A stretch of 64,000 nucleotides of DNA from Paramoeba atlantica (Eukaryota; Protista; Discosea): the NCBI GenBank assembly GCA_977017575.1, contig CDRNVI010000040.1:248001-312000 (forward strand). Reading direction: 5' to 3'. Each line of letters opens with the position of its first letter. The stretch's first letter is position 1. Made by a program: the position numbers and the translations under genes. The notes under the pieces were generated by a model that did not search any database, was not told the origin of the DNA, and was given only the letters and a program-made list of their open reading frames with translations. This document shows positions 1 to 11,558 of this stretch, one piece after another.

Positions 1-340
1 GAGTTTCCTTCGCCACGTCAATGAGGAATATGCGGATTTTGCCAGGTTTTGCCTTTCATATGTTTCAACCCTCTTAGTCTTGTTACGTTGATGTCGTCAT
101 ACATGTACAATATAAATTTTTCTTATGTCAGACGATAGAGTTAAGGAGATTGAACACATAGCATTGTAAAAAGTCAAAATTGTATACTCCCCCTCTAATA
201 ACCAACTACTTTTTGGGATAAGGTGACATACATTTTATGTGTACTTGACCGGGTAGAGTAAGTTAGTGAAGGTGTACAGTATATCATTTACAAGTTCTCC
301 AGTCTGAATCCCCGTAAAAATATTAGTATAGCGCACATAC

Positions 341-1576
341 ATGACCAGTCGTAAGGAATCAGCATTGCGATGGCCAGATTTGCATCAGCAAGCAATATTA
401 GAGGTACAAACAAAGCTGAGCTATACGTGTGTTAACCATACCGATGCGCAATATTATTCACCAATTCTAAGCGAGAAACTTATATGGGAGATTGCACTCG
501 AGCGTAACTGGGATAAGTTGTGTGGTTCTGTTATCTGCGCGAACCGAAAAACAAATTTACATCCTTCGAAAGCAATAGATCCGCAAAGATTTTGGTTTTG
601 TGGTGACACCTGCCTTTCCTGGATGAGAAAGTACGCAGAAGAGTGCTCGAGCCAGAGGTTTGATCCGCATAGAGTTTTTCTATTGCTTAACGCCATTTTT
701 CCAGCACATTCACTAGATGACCTTGAGAGGGCATACAACAAATATGTATGCACCGCTACAAGCCCAAGATCTCCGAAGACGAAAGCCGACATCTCTGGCA
801 CTGCGACTCCTAGTCGTTCAAATAAAGTTCTTGCAGAACGTACCAACTCGGAACGTATAGTTGTGAGTTCGCGTAAGACCGGTGGTTCGTTATGGAGTAG
901 CGAGGCAAATAAAACTCCGATAACTCAAAACGTTTTCAAAGGGCACCGACGCGATGAACGCAACGTCCACCTAATCGATGAGCTACAAAATGCTACTGGT
1001 GCCACTTTGCTCACGGAAGGTATTCACAGCGATATTTTGTTGGGTGAAGAACAGTCAGGTGATATAGATTCTGATGACGATGATAATGTTGGACTTGTCA
1101 GGGAGTCGCTGTATAGCGGTGTTCCGATGCTACACAGTCTCTTGTTATCGTGGATAACTCCCCAAACGCAAGATGTCCTTCGCTCTGAATGTGAGTCGGA
1201 ATATCGTCATCCAATTGGGACCATGAATTCTTATCAGAAACTGGTCGATGAGCGCGTAATTGATTCACTTCATAGTTATGGTTTTGATATACCTCCCAGA
1301 ACACGTCAAAGCATCCGTCAAGTGGTCGAAACTTTTAAAATACATCCTACGTACCTTCGAGAGCTTGGCGAAATTGATGATTCCGGAGAATTCCTGTCCA
1401 CTAATAGTAACGAAGATTTATGGCTTGGCTTAGGATTGGTACTACTATGGAGATTAACAAACAGTCTTAATGGCAACATCAGGGAGAAAATTCAATACGT
1501 ATGGGAAACGCACCTGAAGTTTAAGTCGGAAGAAATTCTGTTTCTAGTTAAGAACTTCGAAGGACAACGCCAATAG
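341..1576 (+). CDS. Rtr1/RPAP2-like protein (putative RNA pol II CTD phosphatase)
   Basis: N-terminal ERxxxxLCGxxxCxN...FCxxxC pattern (ERNWDKLCGSVICAN...FWFCGDTC) resembles the Rtr1/RPAP2 zinc-binding domain; the rest is low-complexity. Confidence 0.55.
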   Translation: MTSRKESALRWPDLHQQAILEVQTKLSYTCVNHTDAQYYSPILSEKLIWEIALERNWDKLCGSVICANRKTNLHPSKAIDPQRFWFCGDTCLSWMRKYAEECSSQRFDPHRVFLLLNAIFPAHSLDDLERAYNKYVCTATSPRSPKTKADISGTATPSRSNKVLAERTNSERIVVSSRKTGGSLWSSEANKTPITQNVFKGHRRDERNVHLIDELQNATGATLLTEGIHSDILLGEEQSGDIDSDDDDNVGLVRESLYSGVPMLHSLLLSWITPQTQDVLRSECESEYRHPIGTMNSYQKLVDERVIDSLHSYGFDIPPRTRQSIRQVVETFKIHPTYLRELGEIDDSGEFLSTNSNEDLWLGLGLVLLWRLTNSLNGNIREKIQYVWETHLKFKSEEILFLVKNFEGQRQ

Positions 1577-1872
1577 TGCAGAAGAATCGTTTCTTCTCTT
1601 TATTCTCGTATCGTAGTGTGAGGTGAAAAACAGGTGTATTGTAGCGAGTGCGAAACAGTTAGAGTTACCTCTAATAGTTAGTTAAGAATTGTAGGAAATA
1701 TAGGACTGAAAAAGTGCATCCCTAGAACTATGAAAATATGAAATCTCAAATTCTAGAATAGTGACCAAAATTCTGAATTTGAATTTCAAGATCGAATGTA
1801 GACCTTATTTACACATAAAACGTTTTTTTGAAGTGTGAACGCATCTTTAAGGAAAGATATTTATAGCATAAG

Positions 1873-3846
1873 ATGTCACGCTTTCGAAAGAAGCGTAATC
1901 GGCCCAACGTTTGGCATGAATCTCAATCCATTAACAATAATGTCAACGAAAACTTTGAAACGTTTTACAGAGCGACGCTACCCTGGGCAGAGGCACAACA
2001 CGGTTCATGGGATGATTTTCTATCCTCCTTACGGTTACCACTACCAACTTCTTTTCGACTTAGTAACCATTCAGCCTCACACCGTGAGCGAGTTGAACAA
2101 CTCGTGAAAGAAATTCGCTTGTGTTTAGAGCAAAATAAGTCGGCCCCAGAACCCGATGACAGTGCTGAGGAATCAAACACGTCATGCGCGCATGTGGCAA
2201 TACGAGAATTAGCGTTTTTGCATTGCGACAGAAATGTGGTTTCTCCAACAGCGTGGGATATTTCGATTCCACGTCGTGCTCTTCGAAAAGACTCAAAATT
2301 AAGCATATACCACCAACATCTGGTAGCTGAAACGGAAGCTGGTATTCTCTCACGTCAAGAAGCAGTCAGCATGCTTCCCGTGCACTACCTAGACATTCAA
2401 AAAGGACACAAAATACTCGACATGTGCGCAGCTCCGGGAAGTAAAACATGTCAAATATTAGAAAGAATGGATGAACTTGAAACCGACGAAACAGGGGGAT
2501 TTCTTATTGCGAACGACGTCGACCCAAAACGGCTTGCGGTACTCATTCGACAGTGTGCACGACTCTGCGAAGCGAATGCTCGACTTGTGGTAACCAATCA
2601 CTGCGCCACACGATTCCCACTGATTACCCAATTCGATCGAATTCTTTGTGACGTAATGTGCAGCGGGGATGGGACACTACGAAAATCGCCGGACATCTGG
2701 CAGCGCTGGTCTCCTATGGATGGGGCCCACATGCACCGCTCGCAAACTCGCGTGCTTCATCGAGGCTTACAATTGCTGCGGCCGGGTGGTATTCTTGTGT
2801 ACAGCACTTGCTCGATGAATCCACTGGAGAACGAGGCTGTGGTTTTGAACAGCCTTATGCAGTGGAAAGGGGCAGTGAAAATACTTGATGTGAGACACGT
2901 GCTTCCCCAACTTCGGTGGGTACCAGGGCTGTGCAGCTGGAAAGTTATGGATCCGAGTGGAGTCCTGTATGAACAGTTTGAAGAAATGCCTGAGGAGGTA
3001 CGAACAAGGTATCACATTCGTTCCACTATGTTTCCCCCAACCAATTGCGACCCGAAAGAGTTTGGTATTGAAAACACTCTAAGAATATTGCCACATTTAC
3101 AGAATACGGGCGGCTTTTATGTAGCAGTGTTGCAAAAGCAAGAGGATCTGACGGCGTGTAGCACGAACGCCGCAAGTCACCCAAGGGACTCCCAAGGAAC
3201 TGAAGCGTGCACTCCTCTTCCCTTGGGACAACGTCCTTTTTTCGACACATCTTTTTCTGATACAGGGAAGAAAAAGATTTTTCGTAGGTTTATTCCGATG
3301 GGACAAAATTATCAAGAGCAAGTACTGAAAGCAATCGATTTTAAAGAATCTTTTCGTTGGGAAAACGTCGCTGTGGCAACTGATGCAGATAAAAACCCAA
3401 AAGCATATTTCGTAAGCTGTGATGTTCAAGACATCTTGTCTAGTGCCTATCATGTACTGCACGTAGGTCAGAAGATTTTTGAATTAAGATCGGGTGTGAT
3501 AAGCTCCGTAAAGCTCGCGCGAGAGGCTGTAAACTTTCTGAGTGCTCACGTTATCCAGGAGCTTTTATTTCACGTATCAGCTTCGACGCTATTAGGACTT
3601 CTGGAAACAGACAGTAAAAAAACTTCAGATGTAATTATGGATATTTTGGGAAACAACCACTCCATTTATTCACGTAGGGGACACCACATAATATTAGAAT
3701 GCAATGTAGCAGACGAATCTATTGTACTGCACGCATTGTTGAGATGGAATACGTATCAATCAGAATGGAGCATAGATGTGGATCCCTTGTACAAGCTTTG
3801 GATGACTCGCTTGCTTTATGCTTGTAAGCGCACCCCAAGCGCTTAA
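1873..3846 (+). CDS. NSUN2: tRNA (cytosine-C5)-methyltransferase, NSUN2/Trm4 family
   Basis: ILDMCAAPGSKT, ANDVD, FDRILCDVMCSGDGTLRK and VYSTCSMNPLENEAVV motifs. Confidence 0.93.
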   Translation: MSRFRKKRNRPNVWHESQSINNNVNENFETFYRATLPWAEAQHGSWDDFLSSLRLPLPTSFRLSNHSASHRERVEQLVKEIRLCLEQNKSAPEPDDSAEESNTSCAHVAIRELAFLHCDRNVVSPTAWDISIPRRALRKDSKLSIYHQHLVAETEAGILSRQEAVSMLPVHYLDIQKGHKILDMCAAPGSKTCQILERMDELETDETGGFLIANDVDPKRLAVLIRQCARLCEANARLVVTNHCATRFPLITQFDRILCDVMCSGDGTLRKSPDIWQRWSPMDGAHMHRSQTRVLHRGLQLLRPGGILVYSTCSMNPLENEAVVLNSLMQWKGAVKILDVRHVLPQLRWVPGLCSWKVMDPSGVLYEQFEEMPEEVRTRYHIRSTMFPPTNCDPKEFGIENTLRILPHLQNTGGFYVAVLQKQEDLTACSTNAASHPRDSQGTEACTPLPLGQRPFFDTSFSDTGKKKIFRRFIPMGQNYQEQVLKAIDFKESFRWENVAVATDADKNPKAYFVSCDVQDILSSAYHVLHVGQKIFELRSGVISSVKLAREAVNFLSAHVIQELLFHVSASTLLGLLETDSKKTSDVIMDILGNNHSIYSRRGHHIILECNVADESIVLHALLRWNTYQSEWSIDVDPLYKLWMTRLLYACKRTPSA

Positions 3847-4020
3847 TCGCATACGCTTAATCGTATGTTATAATAGTATACATTCCACACATATTCATTA
3901 TGAAGAGCGTTATAAATGTTTATGATTTCTTTGTTTTATTCCTTCGATCTCGTACTTGACAATTACAGCATAAATACAACAAAAGGCAAATACAAGAAAT
4001 TTTCTACTTTCTTTTACATT

Positions 4021-4668
4021 ATGAATGAGATTCATGATTCGAATCCTGTAACACCGAGCAGCTCTGACAAAATAACACATGAAGAAATACTCGAGTTTGT
4101 AAAAAATGCAACATATCACCATGTAGACAGCTTCCACCATGTTTCACCCAAAGTGTATAACGCTTTGTTTCGAGCCGTGTTTCCTGAGCTGGAGATACCG
4201 ATTGCAGTTTTCTCGGATTTACTTGAAGTGCTACAACTTGTGGCAATACAAGTTTATCGGCCTCCTCACCTAAATCTAGAAATGAACTGCGACACGAGCC
4301 CAATTCGCAAAGACGCGGATAAGCTTTATGAGGACAGGACTGGTGAACCCGTTTTGAATTACAGGCATCATGCACAGCTATTGGTTTGGTTTTACGACGT
4401 AGGAAAGAGAAAAGGGCTTCGCTTCGAACATGTACCACCTGAATCTTTGTTTAGGGAAGATGCAAAGAAGCCCGATTCGCCATGTTCAATTCACGGAAAC
4501 AATTTGCACCCCTGTGCTCAGTTAGAAAAAGTCATTGATGATAGAAGAAAACGGTTAAAATACTTAAGTGACTTTCTTCATAAAATTATACAATGTGCAC
4601 GAAACGAAGCTGAGATAAAAGTTCGCAGGCAAGCGTTAAGAAAACTCTTTCTCACCTTCAAATCATGA
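4021..4668 (+). CDS. hypothetical protein
   Basis: ORF 3916-4668; ATG 4021 follows a pyrimidine tract and is the likelier start; globular-looking, no family recognised. Confidence 0.6.
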   Translation: MNEIHDSNPVTPSSSDKITHEEILEFVKNATYHHVDSFHHVSPKVYNALFRAVFPELEIPIAVFSDLLEVLQLVAIQVYRPPHLNLEMNCDTSPIRKDADKLYEDRTGEPVLNYRHHAQLLVWFYDVGKRKGLRFEHVPPESLFREDAKKPDSPCSIHGNNLHPCAQLEKVIDDRRKRLKYLSDFLHKIIQCARNEAEIKVRRQALRKLFLTFKS

Positions 4669-4869
4669 TCGATTGTGTAGTGTCCAACACAATAATATTT
4701 AATTTAAAGAAAAGAAAGACAATCCTCTCCGTGTAAGAAAAAACCTTCGTATAATAGCAGGACTTCCTCAAAATCCAGTAAGAACGTCAAACTCTTTTAA
4801 AAGAAAGTAAAAATACTTTTTTTAGCATTCTATTCGTACTTGTCGTGCATTTCTTGTTAAGAAGATGAC

Positions 4870-5325
4870 ATGGTGATTAGGCAAACGAATAAATTCATAT
4901 CCATTGCTCCTTCTGAGAAATACAAGCAATCTTCAGCTAGATCGAAAGGTTTTCGAAAGGTGTCAGAATATAACGGAACGCGATGTTCTAGTCGTGACGA
5001 ACAATCAAAGGGAAATAACCAAACAAGGAAACGAACGACTCAAAAACAGACTAGCCACACTGCAAAAAATGCGAAGGAAACCAAAATAAATAAACACAAC
5101 AAGAAAGATGGTCAAGCAACTTCTTTAAAAAGCTCTTTGATCGATAGTAGCACGACTAAGCTACCATGGTATGCTTTTACTTTATCCAAAGATGCCAATG
5201 AAAGAGAAAAAGCTTCGAATATCTCCACAGTTCACCCGTCCTGGCTTTGCCGACGTCAAAAAAGACGCATTGAACACGAAACTCTTATCTTTCGCTCACT
5301 TTCAAAGCCGTTGGACCAGAGCTAA
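4870..5325 (+). CDS. Lys/Thr-rich basic protein, possibly BUD22-like C-terminus
   Basis: Basic low-complexity ORF ending VHPSWLCRRQKRR, weakly resembling the HPSW motif of BUD22/SRFBP1. Confidence 0.4.
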   Translation: MVIRQTNKFISIAPSEKYKQSSARSKGFRKVSEYNGTRCSSRDEQSKGNNQTRKRTTQKQTSHTAKNAKETKINKHNKKDGQATSLKSSLIDSSTTKLPWYAFTLSKDANEREKASNISTVHPSWLCRRQKRRIEHETLIFRSLSKPLDQS

Positions 5326-5423
5326 ATCTCTTTTTTGTAAAACTATGTAGTTCATACTTCATTGCCTTCGTACTTCATTGCTCATCAAATGAAATGGGGT
5401 ACGAGCCTTCAGGATAAATTTTC

Positions 5424-6260
5424 GTGTCTGAACAAAGTTTCATAGTGTCTTTACTAGTATTCTTCTCAATGGCAGATCGAGATCCTTCTTCAGACACTTT
5501 CGCACTGGAAATAACTCCAGTCCCCGAGAGAAGTGGCCGCGCGGCGAGAGTTCACGGTAATACAATGACACAAGAGATTGACCTACTGCGTTGCTTTTCT
5601 GGAGTCTCTGGTTTCCCTCGTTCCTGGGAAGTAGACACAAATGTTTGTGAATGGATTGGCATAACATGCGATTCACAAGGTAGAATCTTCGCCGTTGATT
5701 GTCTAGGGATGTCCCTACGAGGTAACATAAGCTGGCGTTTCCTTCCCGAAGGTATCACTGCGTTGGATTTGAGACACAATGAGCTCGGTGGAGCTCTGTC
5801 GACTTTACATCTTCCCCGAACGCTCACGTCCCTGAATCTTGGTCAAAATCAATTTTCCTCTGCGGTTTCAGTAGAAAATTTGCCTAATGGGTTAGTCGCG
5901 ATTATCCTTTCCCAAAACTCGTTTTTTGGTAATTTTTTTCTTCCTGATTTGCCATCAGATATTCATTTTGTTGACATCAGCGAAAATGATTTTTGTGGGT
6001 CAGTTCAATTACTGGGGTTACCGGCTTTGCTTTCTGAGATACACCTTTCGTTTAATTTGTTTGCAGGCCCGATAGATCTTACAGGTCTTTCTAAAAATAT
6101 ACGAAAACTGTATTTTCAATACAACATGCTGAACGGGAGTCCAGACTTGCGTTTTCTTCCCGACCAGTTTGAGTACATAGATTTGTCGCACAACAGTTTT
6201 GACTCGTTTCAAGGCGGCCCTGTACTAAACGTACGGACCCACGCGCAGGTGCAGCATTGA
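5424..6260 (+). CDS. LRR protein with N-cap (CxWxGIxC), copy 1
   Basis: VCEWIGITCD cap and repeated LPxxLxxLxLxxNxFxG units; hydrophobic leader begins at a GTG, first ATG is 5469. Confidence 0.85.
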   Translation: MSEQSFIVSLLVFFSMADRDPSSDTFALEITPVPERSGRAARVHGNTMTQEIDLLRCFSGVSGFPRSWEVDTNVCEWIGITCDSQGRIFAVDCLGMSLRGNISWRFLPEGITALDLRHNELGGALSTLHLPRTLTSLNLGQNQFSSAVSVENLPNGLVAIILSQNSFFGNFFLPDLPSDIHFVDISENDFCGSVQLLGLPALLSEIHLSFNLFAGPIDLTGLSKNIRKLYFQYNMLNGSPDLRFLPDQFEYIDLSHNSFDSFQGGPVLNVRTHAQVQH

Positions 6261-6496
6261 AGCAATGACAAATACATTGATTGTTCTCCCTCAAATACTG
6301 TCTGTACAAAAGATTTCTTTGAGGTTTAAACAGGGGGTACACGTCACTTTCACCATTTCTCGCTGTTTTTATGTTGATTTACTAGCATGAGTTCTGTATT
6401 TTATAACACTATTACAGAATATTGGCTTTATCCACCATTTTATACTAAAATTCTACTAAAACGCTCTCGAGGGGTTAAGCTCCCAGTACCGATTTT

Positions 6497-7480
6497 ATGC
6501 ATCGATCAGTGAAGCAAGCAGGATCGTGGAGATGCAATAATTGTAGTAGCATTATTTCTAGAGAGCGCTACGCATGCTACGATTGCTTAGCTCTTTCTCC
6601 GGAGCTTGGAAAGCACGCTTCTGATATGAAGCGCTGCGAATACGCTTTAAACGAACCCGATATCAGGCTTGTGTCTCTGCGCGGTCGTGTGTTTCGAGTG
6701 CGCAAGCAGGAAACTGGGATAAATGCGATTTATGATGTCCCTGGTAAAGCTCTTTGTGGTCAAAACGGTGCAGCCACGATTCTACAAACTGAAATGAAAA
6801 CAAATCTGGGCGAACGAAAGTGTTCAAAAGACCTTGTTAAATATACGCACTTTCTTGCCATTCCTATAGGCTTGCAAAAAGAGCTAAGGGGACGCATCGA
6901 GAAGCTATCTAGTGATATTAGTAAAACGCTCGCAGATAAAACCCTAGAAAAAGCATTTCATTCCCCAGTTAGGACCCACTTAACTCTTTTAATGTTAAAA
7001 CTGTCTAAGTCACAGGAGATGCGTGCAAAATACGTTCTTGACAAATGCGTTGAACGATTCAGACGAGAGTTTGACAGTGAGACCATTCCACTTGCTGGTC
7101 TCAATTACTTCGGGGAGGCCGTCACGAAAGCTTGCGTTGTTTACGTGGAAATTGCTTCCATGGAACTTCGCACCAAACTCGGTGATTTCGTTACATATTG
7201 TCGAGAACTTTTTAATTCTGGTGAAATGGAGACCAATGAAGAGAATGAAGGGGGATACGTTCCTCACGTTACAATTATGAACTCGAAATATTTACGTACG
7301 CTATCGGTAGGCCAATCGTACGTGTCAGAGTGCGCGTCCTTTGATGCTACGAAAATTTTGGACGAACATAAAGATGCCACGCTAGGAAGTTTCTTACCGC
7401 TATCTCTTGATATAGCCACGTTGAACTCCGGTCGAGACAAAAATTCATACTATCGTTGTTTAAAATCGATTTCTGTGTGA
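6497..7480 (+). CDS. ASCC1/AKAP7-like 2H phosphoesterase with N-terminal Zn finger
   Basis: YTHFLAIP, HLTLLML, HVTIMNSKY and FDATKIL motifs; N-terminal WxCxxC...CxxC. Confidence 0.8.
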   Translation: MHRSVKQAGSWRCNNCSSIISRERYACYDCLALSPELGKHASDMKRCEYALNEPDIRLVSLRGRVFRVRKQETGINAIYDVPGKALCGQNGAATILQTEMKTNLGERKCSKDLVKYTHFLAIPIGLQKELRGRIEKLSSDISKTLADKTLEKAFHSPVRTHLTLLMLKLSKSQEMRAKYVLDKCVERFRREFDSETIPLAGLNYFGEAVTKACVVYVEIASMELRTKLGDFVTYCRELFNSGEMETNEENEGGYVPHVTIMNSKYLRTLSVGQSYVSECASFDATKILDEHKDATLGSFLPLSLDIATLNSGRDKNSYYRCLKSISV

Positions 7481-7700
7481 CGATGTAGAGAACTTCTTAC
7501 GGAACCTACTTCTATTCGAACAATAAACTGATTACTGTTTGTCTGTATATTTCGGAACAGGAGAAATTGGGTGCTCGGTCCCAAGTCAATACAATTTATT
7601 GAAATTTTAATCGCACAACATAATCTCTTGTTTTTGAGCTGTAAATGAACTATTTAGAAGTTGAAAAATTTATGCGTAAACGTTTATTTATAAAATTTCA

Positions 7701-7961
7701 ATGGCAAGTCCCTTGGCGTTTTTAAGTCATTGCGTTGGAAGCTCCCTCTGGGTTTTAATGCAAGACCAACGTGAATTCACGGGGACACTTTTCTCCCATG
7801 ACGCAAATTTGAACATTGTGTTACATGACGCAGTGATAGTAGAGACATCTAAACCTTCAGCAGACGGCAAAAGAAAAGTCTTGAAAACTGGCCCTGTACC
7901 GGAGTTGATTCTAAATAGCCATCACGTTGCTCTATTTATTCCAGGAGGCGCGTCAAGTTAA
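7701..7961 (+). CDS. LSM5: Sm-like protein LSm5
   Basis: Sm1 (GTLFSHDANLNIVLHDA) and Sm2 (LILNSHHVALFIPGG), with LSm5-type CVGS...IPGG ends. Confidence 0.75.
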   Translation: MASPLAFLSHCVGSSLWVLMQDQREFTGTLFSHDANLNIVLHDAVIVETSKPSADGKRKVLKTGPVPELILNSHHVALFIPGGASS

Positions 7962-8361
7962 TATCATAAATGCTGTATATCGTTTACATGCGATGTATTG
8001 TAAATTACATACTATTGTATTTTATCTCGAGATCATTCTGGCTCACGAAATTCTTCATCGTAAATGACTATTACTTTAGGTGATTTACGCCTCGGTGATA
8101 AATTAGTTATTCAACGCATGCGACGATTTCAGTCACTGAAACACAACATAACTTAGGGTGATTTTTTTGAGCGCACAATCGATATTTATCCAAAACAGCG
8201 CTGCAAAACAAATGTTAGAGAACAGTTTAGTACAAGTACATGTATCTTGACATAAGAACATGTATATTAGCTTACACAAATGTGTACCTCCTTTGAAAAC
8301 CTGAGAACTTGAACCTTATTGATACATTTAATAGTTACTTCACCATAAATTACACAACATC

Positions 8362-10029
8362 ATGCCTCAAAGCCGACTATATGCCTCCAATATTGCCATC
8401 GATTACAGCGCAGAACCGCAACCGAGTATCTCACTTAGTTCTCCATTTTTTTCGGATATAGCATGGTGCAGAATTTCTCAAACGTTTGTGCATCGGGATA
8501 AAGAGCCTTTTCTTAAGGTCGCCAGGAAGCAGACGTGCTTGGGCATCTATGGAATTGTGAAACTTCTTTCTCAAACGATACTAGTAATTATAGAAGATGC
8601 TGCACCGTGTGGGTTTCATTCTGTTTTTCAATGTCGAAAATTCGGTTTTATACTCCTTCCGCCTTCTGAAGTTATAGGAAAGGACAAGGATAAATATGTG
8701 AGTTCGTCGAACGATTTTCAAAACGATCTTCTGGGATTTCTAAATGCAAATGCAAAACACTTTTACGGTTCTTTTAGGGAAGATTTCTCCGAAAATTGCG
8801 CGAGAAAGACAAATCACAGTACTATAAATGTCTCTCTTGGATACATGTGGAACGAAGAATTGGTCGGGCAGTTTCCTTCGAACAACTGGGTAGTTCCTAT
8901 CATATACGGTTACGTAGGGCAATTCTGGACAAAAACTTCACAAGTGTGTTTAGTGAGTCGTCGAAGTCACCGCAATACCGGTATGCGATATCACAGCAGA
9001 GGTATAAATGCCGAGGGATACGCGGCGAATTTAGTGGAGTCCGAGTTAATAGTGCAGGAGGGCACATGTGTGACTTCATACGTAGTTCTTAGAGGATCCC
9101 TGCCTGTTGAATGGAGTCAGCCCATAACGGGACGCTACAAGCCGCTTACGCGTGTACAATCTACGTCATCCGAACCTACCTCTCAACATTTCAAAATGCT
9201 GAACACATACTACAAAGGCGGGGTGGCATGTTTGTCTGTGTTAAGAAAAGCAGAGCTTACAGAGCAACAAAACTTGTTTTCAAGATATTCCGAATCTATC
9301 GGAATACGTTTGCTAACGTACGACATAATGGAAAACGATGTGATGTTATCATTGGAGCGAATCCGTGAATGTTCAAGTATAGTATCTTCACAGTTATTGG
9401 ATGCATCACTTACTTGTTACGTAGGTGAGAATTTAGAAAAGAAACAAGAACTTTATCTTAGGGTAAATTGCGTGGATTGCACGGATCGAACGAATATCGT
9501 TCAGGCATCTATACTCTGGAGCAAACTATCTGAAATGGAAAGTCTAATTTCGGACAGCCCTGATTTTCTTTGTGCCGCACATGCCCGGCTCTGCAAAGAA
9601 AACGGCGATGCCTTAGCTGTTCAATACGTTGGTACCTCGGCTTTGTATACCGATATTCTTTTTTATAGGTTGCCCTCACGTATCACTTCCCTCAGAGATG
9701 GATTAAAGGCGGTGAAAAGGTATGTGTTAAGCATTTTCTGCCAAGGCTCGCAACAAGATCGGCTGGTTCTTAGTTCCACCCGTCATGTAGCAACGTTTAC
9801 CCACCATTCCACTAACGTTCACGTATTGTTTTGGAGGTACATCATTATTTCTACATGTTACTTCGCCATACGTAAACCCGAGTTTTGCTTTTGGGTTCCT
9901 ACAGTCCCGATAGTCTTGACAATATTTAGGCAACTTTCTTTCTACTTTAGTTGCTCTTGGCTGAACCTTCCTACACTTCGAGCGGAAAGTACTACGAGCG
10001 GAAGCTACCGGCTTGCCAAAAATGAATGA
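8362..10029 (+). CDS. SAC1: SAC1-like phosphoinositide phosphatase
   Basis: SRRSxRNTGMRYxSRGI, RGSLPxxWSQ, catalytic RVNCVDCTDRTN, GDALAVQYVGT; hydrophobic C-terminus. Confidence 0.88.
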   Translation: MPQSRLYASNIAIDYSAEPQPSISLSSPFFSDIAWCRISQTFVHRDKEPFLKVARKQTCLGIYGIVKLLSQTILVIIEDAAPCGFHSVFQCRKFGFILLPPSEVIGKDKDKYVSSSNDFQNDLLGFLNANAKHFYGSFREDFSENCARKTNHSTINVSLGYMWNEELVGQFPSNNWVVPIIYGYVGQFWTKTSQVCLVSRRSHRNTGMRYHSRGINAEGYAANLVESELIVQEGTCVTSYVVLRGSLPVEWSQPITGRYKPLTRVQSTSSEPTSQHFKMLNTYYKGGVACLSVLRKAELTEQQNLFSRYSESIGIRLLTYDIMENDVMLSLERIRECSSIVSSQLLDASLTCYVGENLEKKQELYLRVNCVDCTDRTNIVQASILWSKLSEMESLISDSPDFLCAAHARLCKENGDALAVQYVGTSALYTDILFYRLPSRITSLRDGLKAVKRYVLSIFCQGSQQDRLVLSSTRHVATFTHHSTNVHVLFWRYIIISTCYFAIRKPEFCFWVPTVPIVLTIFRQLSFYFSCSWLNLPTLRAESTTSGSYRLAKNE

Positions 10030-10285
10030 AAAATACATACTGTATGTCATAGATTCTATGAACAACTGTGATACTAAAACAGACCATGCATGAAGTAGAA
10101 TAAAAAAGACGACGCAAAGTAAAAGCATTTATAATCAAATACACAGATGTAGGATGCCCGCGAGGTCTCATCTGCACTTTCATGAAAACAAAGAACAGGT
10201 CAACGTCGTACCTGACCTGTGCTATTCTTCAGAATAGCAAAATGTAATTCTTCAGTCCTGTCCAATTCTTTAGAGTATTAAAATA

Positions 10286-11377
10286 CAGGGACGGTTGTTG
10301 ATCTTGCTTCCTCCTGCGAAAGTTTAATTTTTCTTCCCGTTTTTGCTCAATTTTGCAGCATTGAAGAGATGTCGTTCCCCTAACGAAGCACTGTGCCGCT
10401 TTTTTTCATAAAAAACCCCTGGTGCCCCCTGGGTCCAAAACATGCAGATTTTTAGGCCTTTTTTTGTGCACACAACCATTTTTTCCGATTTCTTTCATGA
10501 TTACCGTATACCCCCCCAGTAAGAGAATGGGTTTTGGGTCGAAATGGTCAAATCTCTCTTACTGTGCGGGGTATGCTTTTTTTGGCCAGTTTCCCCTTTT
10601 CTCCCAACTTTTTTGACTATTTTTTCCATTTTTTTCTGCTGAAAACGTGTTAAAACGCTTCTTTGGGTTACCCCCGAGGCCCCCAACATGCAGACACCCA
10701 CCCCCTACCCCCTATACGCCTCCTGTTGGGCTCCCAAGCCAAATCTCTCTTACTGGGGGTCAGCCCAAAAGGGGCCAAATCTCTCTTGCTGGGGGGGGGT
10801 ACCTTACTGGGGGGGATATACGGTATGTGGGTTTTTCGAGTGTGTGTAGGCTTAAATAGTCTTCTAATTTCTTTATGCTCAAGCAATATTTCTGTACAAA
10901 CATCAATAGCTGTGCAATCCACTCTATTATAGAGTGGATAAATTTATAAACAAACAAATTAAGCTTCACGGTCACGCCAACCGTGCACAAGCCATTAAAG
11001 AATCTTTTTCCTTCCTAAAATGACCCCTTCAGAAACAAAAAAGTGTTAAACTCCATTGAGTCGGTTCCCATTAGGCTTCGAAAAGTATTGCAAAACAATG
11101 GGGGACATTCTGGATATTTATTTGTTGTGGTTTTCTTCTAAGATAAACATTTGTTTTAGTTGAAGTCACTTTTTCAGAATATGATAAAAAATCCAAAATT
11201 TCTGAGTTTTGTCAACTTTCGGGTCACCCACAGGGCACCATGGTGTCTCTATGAAAAACAGGCGGCAAAGCGCTTCGCTAGGGGAACAAGATGTCTTCAA
11301 TGCTGCAAAAATGTGAAAAAAATTGATAAAAAAAATTTAAATTTCCTAGGAGGGGACAAGATCAAAAACCGCCCCTG
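10286..11377. mobile_element. Non-autonomous TIR element (Tc1/mariner-like ends TA|CAGGG...CCCTG|TA)
   Basis: TA at 10284-85 and 11378-79; ~150 bp imperfect inverted repeats (10286-10440 vs ~11225-11377); no coding capacity. Confidence 0.85.
10504..10823. mobile_element. Nested MITE, pogo/Tc2-like ends (TA|CCGTATACCCCCCCAGTAAG...CTTACTGGGGGGGATATACGG|TA)
   Basis: ~20 bp TIR, TA duplication, three internal AAATCTCTCTT(A/G)CTG repeats; lies inside 10286-11377. Confidence 0.85.
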
Positions 11378-11558
11378 TATATAGAAAATTAAAAAAAATT
11401 ATTTTTTTGTATTTTTATAAATATTTTAGTGTTTTAAAAATACTATAAATAAATACTACAAATATTTACACATTTTCTTAGGCCGTCTGATCTTTTTCAG
11501 TTACATTGTATGAGTCCTGGAAAATCAGAAGAATCCGGATTTCTATACCATACCTTCT

